Positions 6,572 through 16,019 of a stretch of 50,339 nucleotides of DNA are shown one piece after another (the stretch's first letter is position 1; each line of letters begins with the position of its first letter). Below the pieces are notes generated by a model. The model made no database searches and had not been told where the DNA came from. It was given only the letters and a program-made list of their open reading frames with translations. The stretch comes from an uncultured bacterium (GTDB taxonomy: Bacteria > Gemmatimonadota > Gemmatimonadetes > Gemmatimonadales > Gemmatimonadaceae). The DNA lies in contig CAXBQP010000019.1 in NCBI GenBank assembly GCA_963978095.1, positions 1 to 50,339 of the forward strand, in the 5' to 3' direction. A program made the translations under genes and the position numbers.

Positions 6572-8548
6572 TTAGTGGTCGTCGTCCGGCCCCCCGAGCC
6601 ACCACGCGGTGGTCATCCCCTCCGCCGCACTCGCTCCACTTGCCGGCCGCGGGAACGCCAGCTTCTGCAACTCACTCACCTTGTACAACCGCCCCCCGCG
6701 CACCACCGTCTCGATCTTCTGCAACTCCCCGATCTTCTCCATCGGCTTGCCACCGACGACGAGAATATCCGCCACCTTCCCGACGCTCACGCTCCCGTAG
6801 TCGTTCGCTTCCTTCATGAAGCGCGCGGCGTCGAGGGTCGCGATCTGCAGGATCTTTGCGCGCGGGATCCCGGCGAGTTCGTACATCTCCAACTCGCGAC
6901 GGTACGTCGAACCGCTCGAGTTGTCCGTGCCGGCCACGAGCTGCACACCGCCCGCGTACAACTTGCGGATCAGGTTCATGTACGCCGAGTCGGCCTTCTG
7001 CTGGTCGGTGCTCCCGCCGGCGCCGACGCTCGCGCCACCACCGCCGATCCACAGATTGAACGTGCCATCGATCACCGTCTTGTGGTCGCGCAGATAGTTC
7101 ACGAGCCCGGTCATCTGCGGCGAGTTCACGTCGATGCTCGGCGCCACCGCCGTCGCCACCTGCGAATAGGCGCGCATCTGCGGCAGGTAGAGCGAGTCCT
7201 GGTACCAGTTCGAGAAGAAGAAGGCGGCGTGCTGTACCTCGTCGAAGCCGAGCGCGACGGCGGCCTGCATGCTGAGCCCGCGCGGGATGTGCCCGCTCAA
7301 CAACATCCCGCGCTTGTGCGCTTCCTGCGCGATCGTGGGGACGATGTCGGGATGCAGCACATTGTACAGTTTGATCTGCTTGTAGCCGAGTGAGTCGTAG
7401 CGCGCGACCCACGCGCGCGCCTCGGCTTCGGTCGCTACCACCGCCGCACTCGGCCCCGCCCACTTGAGGGGCCCCTCGATGAAGCCCGCGAGGATCGTGC
7501 GCGGCATCGCGAGCTTCCCCTGACGCTCGCGGTCGCGCAGCGAGACGGCGACGTCGTCATCGCTCGCGAGATCGCGCGCGGTGGTGAGTCCGGACATGAG
7601 CTGCGTGAGGCCGAGCGCGCCCTGATTGCTGACCTGGAGATGCGTGTGCATCTCGTACATCCCCGGCATGATGGTCTTGCCGGCGGCGTCGATCACTGTC
7701 GCACCCGCGGGGACGGTGGTGCTGGCCGCGGGGCCAACGGCGGCGATGCGCCCGTCGCGGACGATCACGGTTTGGCCGGAGACCATCGTGCCGCGCTCGC
7801 TATCGAACAGTTCGCCATTCGTGATGGCGACGGTGCCATTCGTCTTCGTGACGGCCTTGGCCGCCATCGCCTCGCCCTGCGCGGCGCGGTACTTGAGCTC
7901 GATCGCGCGGAAGGCGGGGAGGAGCGGGACGACATCCGGGCGCACCGTGATGAACCACTGCACGTCGCCCGAGAGGAGTGAGCCCTTCTCGTCGAGCCAG
8001 AGGCCGAGTGGGGTCGCGTTGCCGGTCTGCAGGAGAACGAAACGGGCGCGCTGCCGCTTGGTGCCGTTGCGGAGCGTGGTGTCGACCACCAACTCGGCGC
8101 GCACGGGGTTCGGATTGCCGAACATCTTGCCGGTGCGATTCGGCTGCGCGAGCAACCAGCTCACGAGCTTGGCCTGCTCCCAGGGCGTACCAGAGCGACC
8201 GGCGACGAAGGCGCCCTTCTCGATCGCCATGGCCACGGTGCCACGCTTCAGCGAGTCGCCGACGACGGTGAAGGCATCGGTCGGCGCACCGGCCGAGCCG
8301 TCGGCGAGCACAGGGCGCGACTCGCCCGCGATGAAGTTCCCCTTGGCGTCCATCCGGTAGCGTCCCTCGAGCCGCGTGCCGCGATTGCGGTCGGTGAAGA
8401 CGAAGCGGACGATCGCCGAGTCGCCGCGAGTGACGACCACCAGGTCGCCCGCCTCGCGGCCGTGATTGGAGACGATCCAGCGGCTCGAATCGGCGGCGAT
8501 TGGCGCGGAGGAGACGGCCGTGGCGATGGCAAGGACGGGGAGCAGCAT
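6572..8548 (-). CDS. Exported amidohydrolase family protein
   Basis: Signal peptide; GKTIMPGMYEMHTH (HxH), QIKLY, SGH, QH, AGTD, GKVADILVV. Confidence 0.9.
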   Translation of the reverse strand: MLLPVLAIATAVSSAPIAADSSRWIVSNHGREAGDLVVVTRGDSAIVRFVFTDRNRGTRLEGRYRMDAKGNFIAGESRPVLADGSAGAPTDAFTVVGDSLKRGTVAMAIEKGAFVAGRSGTPWEQAKLVSWLLAQPNRTGKMFGNPNPVRAELVVDTTLRNGTKRQRARFVLLQTGNATPLGLWLDEKGSLLSGDVQWFITVRPDVVPLLPAFRAIELKYRAAQGEAMAAKAVTKTNGTVAITNGELFDSERGTMVSGQTVIVRDGRIAAVGPAASTTVPAGATVIDAAGKTIMPGMYEMHTHLQVSNQGALGLTQLMSGLTTARDLASDDDVAVSLRDRERQGKLAMPRTILAGFIEGPLKWAGPSAAVVATEAEARAWVARYDSLGYKQIKLYNVLHPDIVPTIAQEAHKRGMLLSGHIPRGLSMQAAVALGFDEVQHAAFFFSNWYQDSLYLPQMRAYSQVATAVAPSIDVNSPQMTGLVNYLRDHKTVIDGTFNLWIGGGGASVGAGGSTDQQKADSAYMNLIRKLYAGGVQLVAGTDNSSGSTYRRELEMYELAGIPRAKILQIATLDAARFMKEANDYGSVSVGKVADILVVGGKPMEKIGELQKIETVVRGGRLYKVSELQKLAFPRPASGASAAEGMTTAWWLGGPDDDH

Positions 8549-8593
8549 GGGGCGGACTCGTGGAATGGGAGGTCTCGGGCAATTATACGGCAG

Positions 8594-10147
8594 ATGCCTC
8601 GCTCCCGTGTCGTCCTGCTGATCGCGTTCCTGACTGGCCTTTGCGCCGGTTGGGGAGTGCTCGAGCTCACCGAGCCCCCCGGCCCGGGGCTCGACCCCGA
8701 CGCGGTCTCGTACTTGGGCGCGGGGATCTCTGCGGCGCACGGATACGGCTTCCGGATCCCGGAGGGCCCGTGGAATGCCCCCGACACGACGAGCGCGCTC
8801 GCGCACTTCCCGCCGGGGTTCCCGGCACTGATCGCTACAGGGGTGCGTGCCGGACTGGATGCGCGGAATGCGGCGCGGTTCATCCAAGCAGCCTCGGCGG
8901 CGATCGCGGCGATCGCCGTAAGTCTGACGGCGGGAGTGGCGGGCGGCCCCCTGGCGGCGTTGACCGCCGCCGTGCTCGTCTTGCTCACGCCGGCAATGAT
9001 CGTGGTGCACGCGTCGGTCCTCAGCGAGCCGCTTTTCCTCGCCCTGGTGGCGAGCTTCACCCTGGTGATGGCGCGGACGCCGCCGGGCGGGTCAAACCTG
9101 GGGGGCTCCGACCCGGGCGCGCCGCTGCGCCGGCTCGCACTGCTCACCGTGCTCGCTGCGGCCGCGGCGCTCGTCCGCTACGCGGGGCTCGCGCTGGTGG
9201 GGGCGATCGGACTCGACACGCTACTCGCGCATCGGCAGGCCTCGATCGGCCGACGACTGCGCAACGCCCTGCTCACGATGCTGCTTCCGGTGGTTCCGTT
9301 CGGCTGGTGGACACTCTCGCGCCCGGCGCGGACGGAAGGAGTGGCGGTACGTCACGCCGGGCTCTATCTCGACGGATTGCGTGCGACGCTCGGAGAGGGG
9401 GCGCTGACGATGGGGCGGTGGCTCGCGCCCGTTCGAGAAAGTGAGACGGCGTGGCGCGTGATGCCCGGTGCGATCGCGGTGCTGGTCGCCCTCGTGGTGC
9501 TGGCGCGCCGAGCATGGCCCGCGACGCCGGAGCCGGGGCGGCAGGTGGTGCGGAGCGTCGGCATTGTCGTCGCGAGCTACCTCGGCATGGTGCTCACGTC
9601 GCGAGTGCTGGCCGACGGGATGATCCCGCTCGACGACCGCCTGCTTTCGCCCGTGATGATGCTGGGAGCGCTCGTGATGGGCGTCCTCTGCGCCGTATGC
9701 TTGACCGACGCGAGGCTGGGTCGGGCGCGGCGGATGCTCGTGGCGGGCCTCCTCGCGAGCTGGCTCTGGGGCGCGAGCGACGTCGGTCGGTGGTGGTGGA
9801 TGATCTACACGGAGGACGGTGGTGACTTCGCGTCCCGCGATTGGGCGCTCTCGCCGACTCTTGCCCAACTGAACGTGATCCCGCCCGGCACGCCGATCTA
9901 CACCAACTGGCCCGCGGCGATCTGGTTCCACACGGGGCGCGCGTCGCGATTCTTGCCGTCGACCCCGGACTCGGCGGTGGCGAGGCGCTGGGGCGCATTG
10001 ATCAAGACGCACGGCGGCGTAGCGCTGGTGTTCACCACGGAAAGCGGTGATGTGCGCACCCCGCTCGCCACGTTGCGCGCCGCCGGACTCGTTCCGCGTG
10101 CGACGTTCGCGGACGGCGCGCTCTGGGGCATCGCCCCCGAACCGTAG
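8594..10147 (+). CDS. GT-C fold (ArnT/PMT-like) membrane glycosyltransferase
   Basis: DPDAVSY loop, FPPGFP, VLSEPLF, VRYAG; many TM helices. Confidence 0.65.
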   Translation: MPRSRVVLLIAFLTGLCAGWGVLELTEPPGPGLDPDAVSYLGAGISAAHGYGFRIPEGPWNAPDTTSALAHFPPGFPALIATGVRAGLDARNAARFIQAASAAIAAIAVSLTAGVAGGPLAALTAAVLVLLTPAMIVVHASVLSEPLFLALVASFTLVMARTPPGGSNLGGSDPGAPLRRLALLTVLAAAAALVRYAGLALVGAIGLDTLLAHRQASIGRRLRNALLTMLLPVVPFGWWTLSRPARTEGVAVRHAGLYLDGLRATLGEGALTMGRWLAPVRESETAWRVMPGAIAVLVALVVLARRAWPATPEPGRQVVRSVGIVVASYLGMVLTSRVLADGMIPLDDRLLSPVMMLGALVMGVLCAVCLTDARLGRARRMLVAGLLASWLWGASDVGRWWWMIYTEDGGDFASRDWALSPTLAQLNVIPPGTPIYTNWPAAIWFHTGRASRFLPSTPDSAVARRWGALIKTHGGVALVFTTESGDVRTPLATLRAAGLVPRATFADGALWGIAPEP

Positions 10148-10225
10148 GGCGCACTCCCGTTGCGTGACCGCCGAGACGGCGCGACCATTGAACAGGCACT
10201 CGACCTCTCTTTCCGCATCGTTCCC

Positions 10226-13200
10226 ATGCGCCCCATCCGATTCGCCTCCGCTCTCGTCGTCGCACTCACCATCGCGACCCCATCCACGTTGCTCGTCGCG
10301 CAACAGAAGAGCGCGCCCGCGCCCGCCACGGACTCGAGTCGATTCGCCACGCTCGCCGGGGGCCTCGGATGGCGCTCGATTGGTCCCGCGCTGACCTCGG
10401 GACGCATCTCCGACGTGGCCGTGCACCCGCGCGACAAGCGCGTCTGGTATGTGGCCACCGCGGCAGGCGGCGTGTGGAAGTCGAGCAATGCGGGGACGAG
10501 CTTCACGCCGATCTTCGACGGTGAGGGCTCCTTCTCCATCGGCGCGATCACGATCGACCCCAAGCGCCCGGAGACGATCTGGGTCGGTACGGGCGAGAGC
10601 AACGCACAGCGCGTGGTGGCCTACGGCGACGGGATCTACAGGTCGAACGACGGCGGACGCAGTTGGAAGAACGTCGGGCTCAAGGAGAGCGAACACATCA
10701 ATCGGATCGTGGTCGATCCGCGCAACTCCGATGTCGTCTACGTCGCGGCACAGGGGCCGCTCTGGAGAAAGGGGGGCGATCGCGGGATCTACAAGACGAT
10801 CGACGGTGGCAAGACGTGGAACCGCATCCTGCAGGTGGATGACTGGACGGGCGCCAACGACATCCAGCTCGACCCGCGCGATCCGGACGTGCTCCTGGCC
10901 ACCACGTGGCAGCGGGCACGGAGCACCTGCTGCTTCGTCGCGGGCGGACCGGGCTCCGGCGTGCATCGCTCGACCGACGGCGGCAAGACCTGGAACAAGT
11001 CGCAGAGTGGTTTCCCTTCGGAGGACCTCGGCCGTATCGGGCTCACCGTCTCACCGGCGGATCCGCGCGTCGTGTATGCCGTGGCCGAGGCGGCGAATGG
11101 GAAGGGGGGCTTCTTCCGCTCGCGTGACTTCGGCGCGAGCTGGGAGCGGATGAGCAGCTATCAGGCCGGCGGCAACTACTACAATCGCATCTTCGCCGAT
11201 CCGAAGCATGTGGATCGCATCTACGCCGCCGACGTGAACCTTCAGGTCAGCGAGGACGGCGGCAAGAGCTTTCATCGCGTAGGCGAGCTGCTCAAGCACG
11301 TCGACAATCACTCGGTCACCTTCGATCCGGATGATGAGGATCATCTGATCGTCGGCTGCGACGGTGGCGTGTACGAGACGTGGGATCGCGGGCAGAGCTG
11401 GCGCTTCATCGCAAATCTCCCGGTCACGCAGTACTACCGGGTGTTCGTGGACGACACGAAGCCGTTCTACCGGGTGTTCGGCGGGGCGCAGGACAACTTC
11501 TCCGTCGGTGGGCCGAGCCGGACGCGCAATGTGAGCGGCATTCGGAACAGTGATTGGTTCATCACGAGCGGCGGCGACGGATTCGGGTCGGTCGTGGACC
11601 CGAACGATGCGGACATCGTCTATGCGCAGTCACAGTTCGGTGTGCTCTCGCGGTTCAACCTGCGCACCGGCGACGAGATGGGGATCCAGCCCACCGACGC
11701 CGCGAACGGCCCCGGCTTCCGCTGGAACTGGGATTCGCCGCTGATCCCGAGCGTCCACGCGGCCGGGCGCATCTATTTCGCCAACGACCGCGTGCTCCGC
11801 AGCGACGACCGCGGCAACACCTGGAAGGCGGTCAGTCCCGACCTCTCGCGCAATCTCGATCGCACCACGCTGCGGTTGATGGATCGCGTCTGGGGTGTGG
11901 ACGCCGTCGCACGAAACACCTCGACCACGCTGTACGGCAACATGACGGCGCTCGTCGAATCGCCGGTGAAGGAGGCGATCCTCGCCACCGGCACGAACGA
12001 CGGGCGCATCTCCGTCACCGACGACGGCGGGACGAAGTGGCGCTCGATCGACAAGTTCCCGGTCGTGCCGGAGACGACGCTCGTCTCCTCGGTGCGCCTC
12101 TCGCAGCACGACGCGAACACGCTCTACGCGACGTTCAACAACCACATGCGGGGCGACTTCAAGCCGTACGTGCTGAAGAGCACCGACCTGGGGCGCAGCT
12201 GGACGAGCATCGCCAGCGACCTCCCGGCGCGCGGTTCCGTGTGGACGATCGCGGAGGATTTCGTCGATCGCGACCTCCTCTTCGTCGGCACCGATTTCGG
12301 CGTCTTTGTCACCCGCGACGGCGGCGCCCACTGGGTGAAGCTCGGCAACGGTCTCCCCACCATCCAGGTGCGCGAGATCGCGATCCAGAAGCGCGAGAAC
12401 GATCTCGTGCTCGCGACCTTCGGGCGGGGCTTCTACGTGCTCGACGACTACAGCGCGCTCCGCCGACTCACGAACGACAAGATGGCCGCGGCCGCGACGC
12501 TCTTCCCGTCGCGCACCACGTACCAGTACATCCAGCGCGCCCCGCTCGGCCTTCCCGAGGGGGTCAGCTTCCAGGGCGCGGGGCAGTACTTCGCGAACAA
12601 TCCGCCCTACGGCGCGGTCATCACCTACGACCTGAAGGACGCCCTCAAGTCGCGGAAGGCCAAGCGGCAGGAGGCCGATGCCGCCGCCGCCAAGAAGGGC
12701 GCCGATGCCACGTTCCCGAGCTGGGACGCGCTGAAGGCCGAGGATCGCGAGGAGGAACCGGCGATCATCCTCGAGGTGAGCGATTCCGCTGGGCGTCGCG
12801 TGCGCCGGCTCGTGGGTCCAGGGTCAGCGGGACTTCACCGCGTCGCGTGGGATCTCAAGTATCAGGCCACGGATCCGGTGAATGGTCCGCCGTACGCGCT
12901 CGACCCGAACTTCCCCTTCTCGGGGCCCCCGGGTGCCCCGTGGGCGCTCCCGGGACGTTACACCGTGCGGATGTTCTCGCGCGTGGACGGTGCGTTGAGC
13001 CCGCTCGCCTCACCGATCACCATCACGATCGTGCCGGCGGATCCGTCGGCAGCGCGCCTCGCCTCGCGCGACGCGACCACGCTCGCCACGGATTTGCGCA
13101 ACGCCGAGCTCAAGCGCTCGGTCCTCGGGGCCTCTGCCCTCGTGGGTGAAACGCTCGGCAATCTCAAGATGCTGAAGCGCGCCGTGGACGAGACCCCCAA

Positions 13201-13546
13201 CGCCGACAGCGCACTCATCAAACGCGTGCGGACCGTGGAGCAGCGGCTGCTCGATCTGCGGGAGACGCTCGCCGGCGATCCCACGCTCGCGCGGCGCAAC
13301 GAGCACGCGCCGCCGAGCCTGCTCGAGCGCTTGTCGAAGTTGGGGGATGCGTGGTCCGGGACGCTTGAACCGGCCACCCCCGCGCAGCTCGGGCAAGTGG
13401 AGATCGTGCGCGGGGAGTTCGGGAAGATCCTGTCGCAGCTGCAGCAGCTCTATGAAAACGAGTTCCGCGGCTTGGAGGCCGCCGCCGAGCGTGCGGGGGT
13501 GCCGTGGACGAGCGGTCGGATGCCGACGCTGCCCTACGTGCCCTAG
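10226..13546 (+). CDS. Exported VPS10/sortilin-like BNR (Asp-box) repeat protein, glycosyl hydrolase-like
   Basis: WRSIGPALTSGRISDVAV; many SxDGGxTW Asp-boxes; HVDNH; DLVLATFGRGFYVLDD. Confidence 0.9.
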   Translation: MRPIRFASALVVALTIATPSTLLVAQQKSAPAPATDSSRFATLAGGLGWRSIGPALTSGRISDVAVHPRDKRVWYVATAAGGVWKSSNAGTSFTPIFDGEGSFSIGAITIDPKRPETIWVGTGESNAQRVVAYGDGIYRSNDGGRSWKNVGLKESEHINRIVVDPRNSDVVYVAAQGPLWRKGGDRGIYKTIDGGKTWNRILQVDDWTGANDIQLDPRDPDVLLATTWQRARSTCCFVAGGPGSGVHRSTDGGKTWNKSQSGFPSEDLGRIGLTVSPADPRVVYAVAEAANGKGGFFRSRDFGASWERMSSYQAGGNYYNRIFADPKHVDRIYAADVNLQVSEDGGKSFHRVGELLKHVDNHSVTFDPDDEDHLIVGCDGGVYETWDRGQSWRFIANLPVTQYYRVFVDDTKPFYRVFGGAQDNFSVGGPSRTRNVSGIRNSDWFITSGGDGFGSVVDPNDADIVYAQSQFGVLSRFNLRTGDEMGIQPTDAANGPGFRWNWDSPLIPSVHAAGRIYFANDRVLRSDDRGNTWKAVSPDLSRNLDRTTLRLMDRVWGVDAVARNTSTTLYGNMTALVESPVKEAILATGTNDGRISVTDDGGTKWRSIDKFPVVPETTLVSSVRLSQHDANTLYATFNNHMRGDFKPYVLKSTDLGRSWTSIASDLPARGSVWTIAEDFVDRDLLFVGTDFGVFVTRDGGAHWVKLGNGLPTIQVREIAIQKRENDLVLATFGRGFYVLDDYSALRRLTNDKMAAAATLFPSRTTYQYIQRAPLGLPEGVSFQGAGQYFANNPPYGAVITYDLKDALKSRKAKRQEADAAAAKKGADATFPSWDALKAEDREEEPAIILEVSDSAGRRVRRLVGPGSAGLHRVAWDLKYQATDPVNGPPYALDPNFPFSGPPGAPWALPGRYTVRMFSRVDGALSPLASPITITIVPADPSAARLASRDATTLATDLRNAELKRSVLGASALVGETLGNLKMLKRAVDETPNADSALIKRVRTVEQRLLDLRETLAGDPTLARRNEHAPPSLLERLSKLGDAWSGTLEPATPAQLGQVEIVRGEFGKILSQLQQLYENEFRGLEAAAERAGVPWTSGRMPTLPYVP

Positions 13547-13974
13547 GGCAGCGTCGCCACGCACTCGATCTCGACCTTCGCGCCCGGCGAGACGAGTGCT
13601 GCCACCACGACCGTCGTGCGAGCCGGTGGAGAATCGGGGAAGAACTCGCGATACGACTGGTTCATGCCTTGGAAATCCTTCACGTCGACCAGATACACCG
13701 TGCACTTGCCGACATTCCCCATCGTGGTGCCGGCTGCTTCGAACACCTTCTTCGCGCTCTCGAGCGCGCGCTTGGTCTGCGCCTGGATGGTGGTGTCCGC
13801 ACCGGCCTCGCGCGACACCCCCAGTTGACCGGAGGCGAACACCAGTTTGCCCAGCGTGATGCCCGGCGTCAGCGTGGGTGATGCGCTAGTGCCGGCTGGA
13901 ACCACCGGCACGCGCTGCGCGAGGAGCGGAGCAGCACTGATGCAGCACAACGCGAGTAGCCTGAGGGAGCGCAT
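13543..13974 (-). CDS. Rid (YjgF/YER057c/UK114) family imine deaminase with signal peptide
   Basis: LVFASGQLG, DFQGMNQSYREFF, PPARTTV (catalytic Arg), KVEIEC; N-terminal MRSLRLLALCCISAAPLLA. Confidence 0.9.
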   Translation of the reverse strand: MRSLRLLALCCISAAPLLAQRVPVVPAGTSASPTLTPGITLGKLVFASGQLGVSREAGADTTIQAQTKRALESAKKVFEAAGTTMGNVGKCTVYLVDVKDFQGMNQSYREFFPDSPPARTTVVVAALVSPGAKVEIECVATLP

Positions 13975-14437
13975 GCACGACCTCGGTCTGATGTGAAGGA
14001 GCTGGCTTGTAACGCGAGAAATCGAGCACGGTGGCTTTGGCCACGCTGTCGCCGACGAACGAGGCCGTGCCCGCTGGGAGTCCGTTCAGCTTCAAGATGT
14101 ACGCAACGACGTCCTGATACTCCGAAAAACCGTAGCTCCCCGGATCCGTATCCGGCATGCTGGAGCGGATCCGCTCGAACAGGGCGAACGCGGTTTGCCC
14201 GTTCCACTTCAGACGGAAATCGGGATTCGCATAGTCCGTGCGCTGATGACACGCGATGCACCGGTACCCATACACTTGGCTCCCGCGCTCGGCTTGTGCA
14301 TCCGTGTAGATCGCCGCGCCGCGCGGCGCGTTCGCTGCGGGGTCCGGCGCTTGCGCGGCAAGCGGCGCCGCGCCGCCGACCAGCGCGAGGGACACGCAGG
14401 CGAGCAGACGGCCAAGTCGCGACATCGACATGATCAT
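13886..14437 (-). CDS. Exported monoheme class I cytochrome c
   Basis: Signal peptide; YTDAQAERG...CIACH; SMP distal Met; VVAYILKLNG; TGATG coupling to mqnD. Confidence 0.85.
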   Translation of the reverse strand: MIMSMSRLGRLLACVSLALVGGAAPLAAQAPDPAANAPRGAAIYTDAQAERGSQVYGYRCIACHQRTDYANPDFRLKWNGQTAFALFERIRSSMPDTDPGSYGFSEYQDVVAYILKLNGLPAGTASFVGDSVAKATVLDFSRYKPAPSHQTEVVHALPQATRVVLHQCCSAPRAARAGGSSRH

Positions 14438-15219
14438 CAGCGTCCCGCGACCAAGCGCCGAATCGCGCGGAGTCCTTCTGCGCCGATATCGCGACTGAAA
14501 TCGTTCACATAGAGCGCGATGTGCTGTGCACAGACCTCCGCCGACATCTCCTGGGCATTGGCCCGCACATACTCGCGACTCGCCTCGGAATGGTCGAACG
14601 CATACTGCACCGACGCGCGAATCGCCTGTTCGGCCGCGAGCACGGTCGCCTCGTCGAGATCGTTCCGCGCGCAGATCCCCGCGAGCGGAACGGGCAAACC
14701 GGTCTCCGAGGTCCACCAATCGCCGAGGTCTGCGGCTCGGGATAATCCGTGTTCGGCGTAGGTGAACCGGCTTTCGTGGATGATCAGGCCGGCGTGCACC
14801 TCGCCATCGCGCACCGCACGCAGGATCCGGTCGTAGCGCACTTCCACGACGTCGGTGAGCGAGGGCGCCGCGAGTCGGAGGAGCTGGAACGCGGTCGTCT
14901 CGCGTCCCGGGATCGCGACCCGCCCACGCACCGCCTCCTCGAGCGACATCGGGGTGCGCGTCACGACGAGTGGGCCAACCCCTTCGCCGAGCGCGGCGCC
15001 GCTGCGCATCAGGCGATACCGATCGCCGACCGCGGCGAACGCGCCGACGCTCATTTTGGTGAGGTCGAACTCTCCCTGGTGTGCGCGGCGGTTGAGTTCC
15101 TCGATGTCGAGCAACACGGGACGCACGCGGAACGGCGCCTCCACCAATCCGTGCGTGAGCGCGTGGAAGGCGAAGGTGTCGTTGGGGCAGGGCGAGTAGC
15201 CGAAGGTGAGTTCACGCAC
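14437..15219 (-). CDS. mqnD: 1,4-dihydroxy-6-naphthoate synthase (futalosine menaquinone pathway)
   Basis: GYSPCPNDTF, DIEELN, GLIIHESRFTY, DLGDWW, HIALYVN. Confidence 0.95.
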   Translation of the reverse strand: MRELTFGYSPCPNDTFAFHALTHGLVEAPFRVRPVLLDIEELNRRAHQGEFDLTKMSVGAFAAVGDRYRLMRSGAALGEGVGPLVVTRTPMSLEEAVRGRVAIPGRETTAFQLLRLAAPSLTDVVEVRYDRILRAVRDGEVHAGLIIHESRFTYAEHGLSRAADLGDWWTSETGLPVPLAGICARNDLDEATVLAAEQAIRASVQYAFDHSEASREYVRANAQEMSAEVCAQHIALYVNDFSRDIGAEGLRAIRRLVAGR

Positions 15220-15230
15220 AGCGGGGAAGT

Positions 15231-15812
15231 TTACAGGAGCGCGCGGAGTTCAGCCACGAGTGCCGGTGTCGCCGTGGTGACGGCGGCGAAGGCCTCGGCA
15301 AAGTGCCAGCGTGCGCGGTCTGGTTCATTGATGTCGTTGGAAACCGCACGGACTTCGAGCGCGGGGATTCCCGCAAGTTGCGCCGCGCGGAGTACGCTGA
15401 ACCCCTCCATGGCTTCGACCTCGCAGTGGCGTGCGCACTGGAGGGTGCCGCCGAGGTGTGCGCTGGTTCCGATGCGGAGCGTGACCGCGGTGGGGAGCAC
15501 GCGTCGCGCCGCGGCGACGAACAGGGACTCCGCGACCACGGTATTCGGTGCCCAGTCGGGAGCGACAGTGAGGTCGCAGTAGTGGGCTTCCGAGCCGATC
15601 ACCAGCGCGCCGGGTGCGAAGGCGTGGCGCGGGCTTCCCCCGGCGATCCCCATGTGCAGAATGGCGGACGGGCGTTCCCGGGCGATCTCCGCCGCCACCG
15701 CGGCGGCGGATTCCACCGGTCCGACGCCGCAGCACAGCGTACGCCAACCATCGGCGACCGCGAGTTCACGCGCGGTCGCCGCTACCACCAGAATGCGGGC
15801 GCGGTCTGGCAT
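15231..15812 (-). CDS. mqnB: Futalosine hydrolase (PNP/UDP phosphorylase fold)
   Basis: ILVVAATARE, GVGPVESA, GIAGG, EAMEG, EVRAVSN; directly upstream of mqnD. Confidence 0.8.
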   Translation of the reverse strand: MPDRARILVVAATARELAVADGWRTLCCGVGPVESAAAVAAEIARERPSAILHMGIAGGSPRHAFAPGALVIGSEAHYCDLTVAPDWAPNTVVAESLFVAAARRVLPTAVTLRIGTSAHLGGTLQCARHCEVEAMEGFSVLRAAQLAGIPALEVRAVSNDINEPDRARWHFAEAFAAVTTATPALVAELRALL

Positions 15813-15857
15813 CGATGGGAAGTTACGGTCGGTGCCGATTCCTCACAATTGCAGCCT

Positions 15858-15909
15858 GCGAGACGCGTCAGCGAGACGCGTCTGCGAAGCGCGTCTGCGA
15901 GGCGCGTCT
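15858..15909. repeat. Four tandem 13-bp units, consensus GCGAGACGCGTCT
   Basis: GCGAGACGCGTCA / GCGAGACGCGTCT / GCGAAGCGCGTCT / GCGAGGCGCGTCT. Confidence 0.9.
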
Positions 15910-16019
15910 GCGGGAATCCCCCGCGCCCGCTGTCGGCAGTCGCCTGCACGAAGTAGCTTGTTCGCCAGCAGGCATCGTGTGATGCCAGACACCGGAACCA
16001 CCCTCGTGTGAGGACTCGG

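Noticed and set aside
15858..15909. CRISPR array
   Set aside because: Units are 13 bp, directly abutting, with no spacers and no cas genes.
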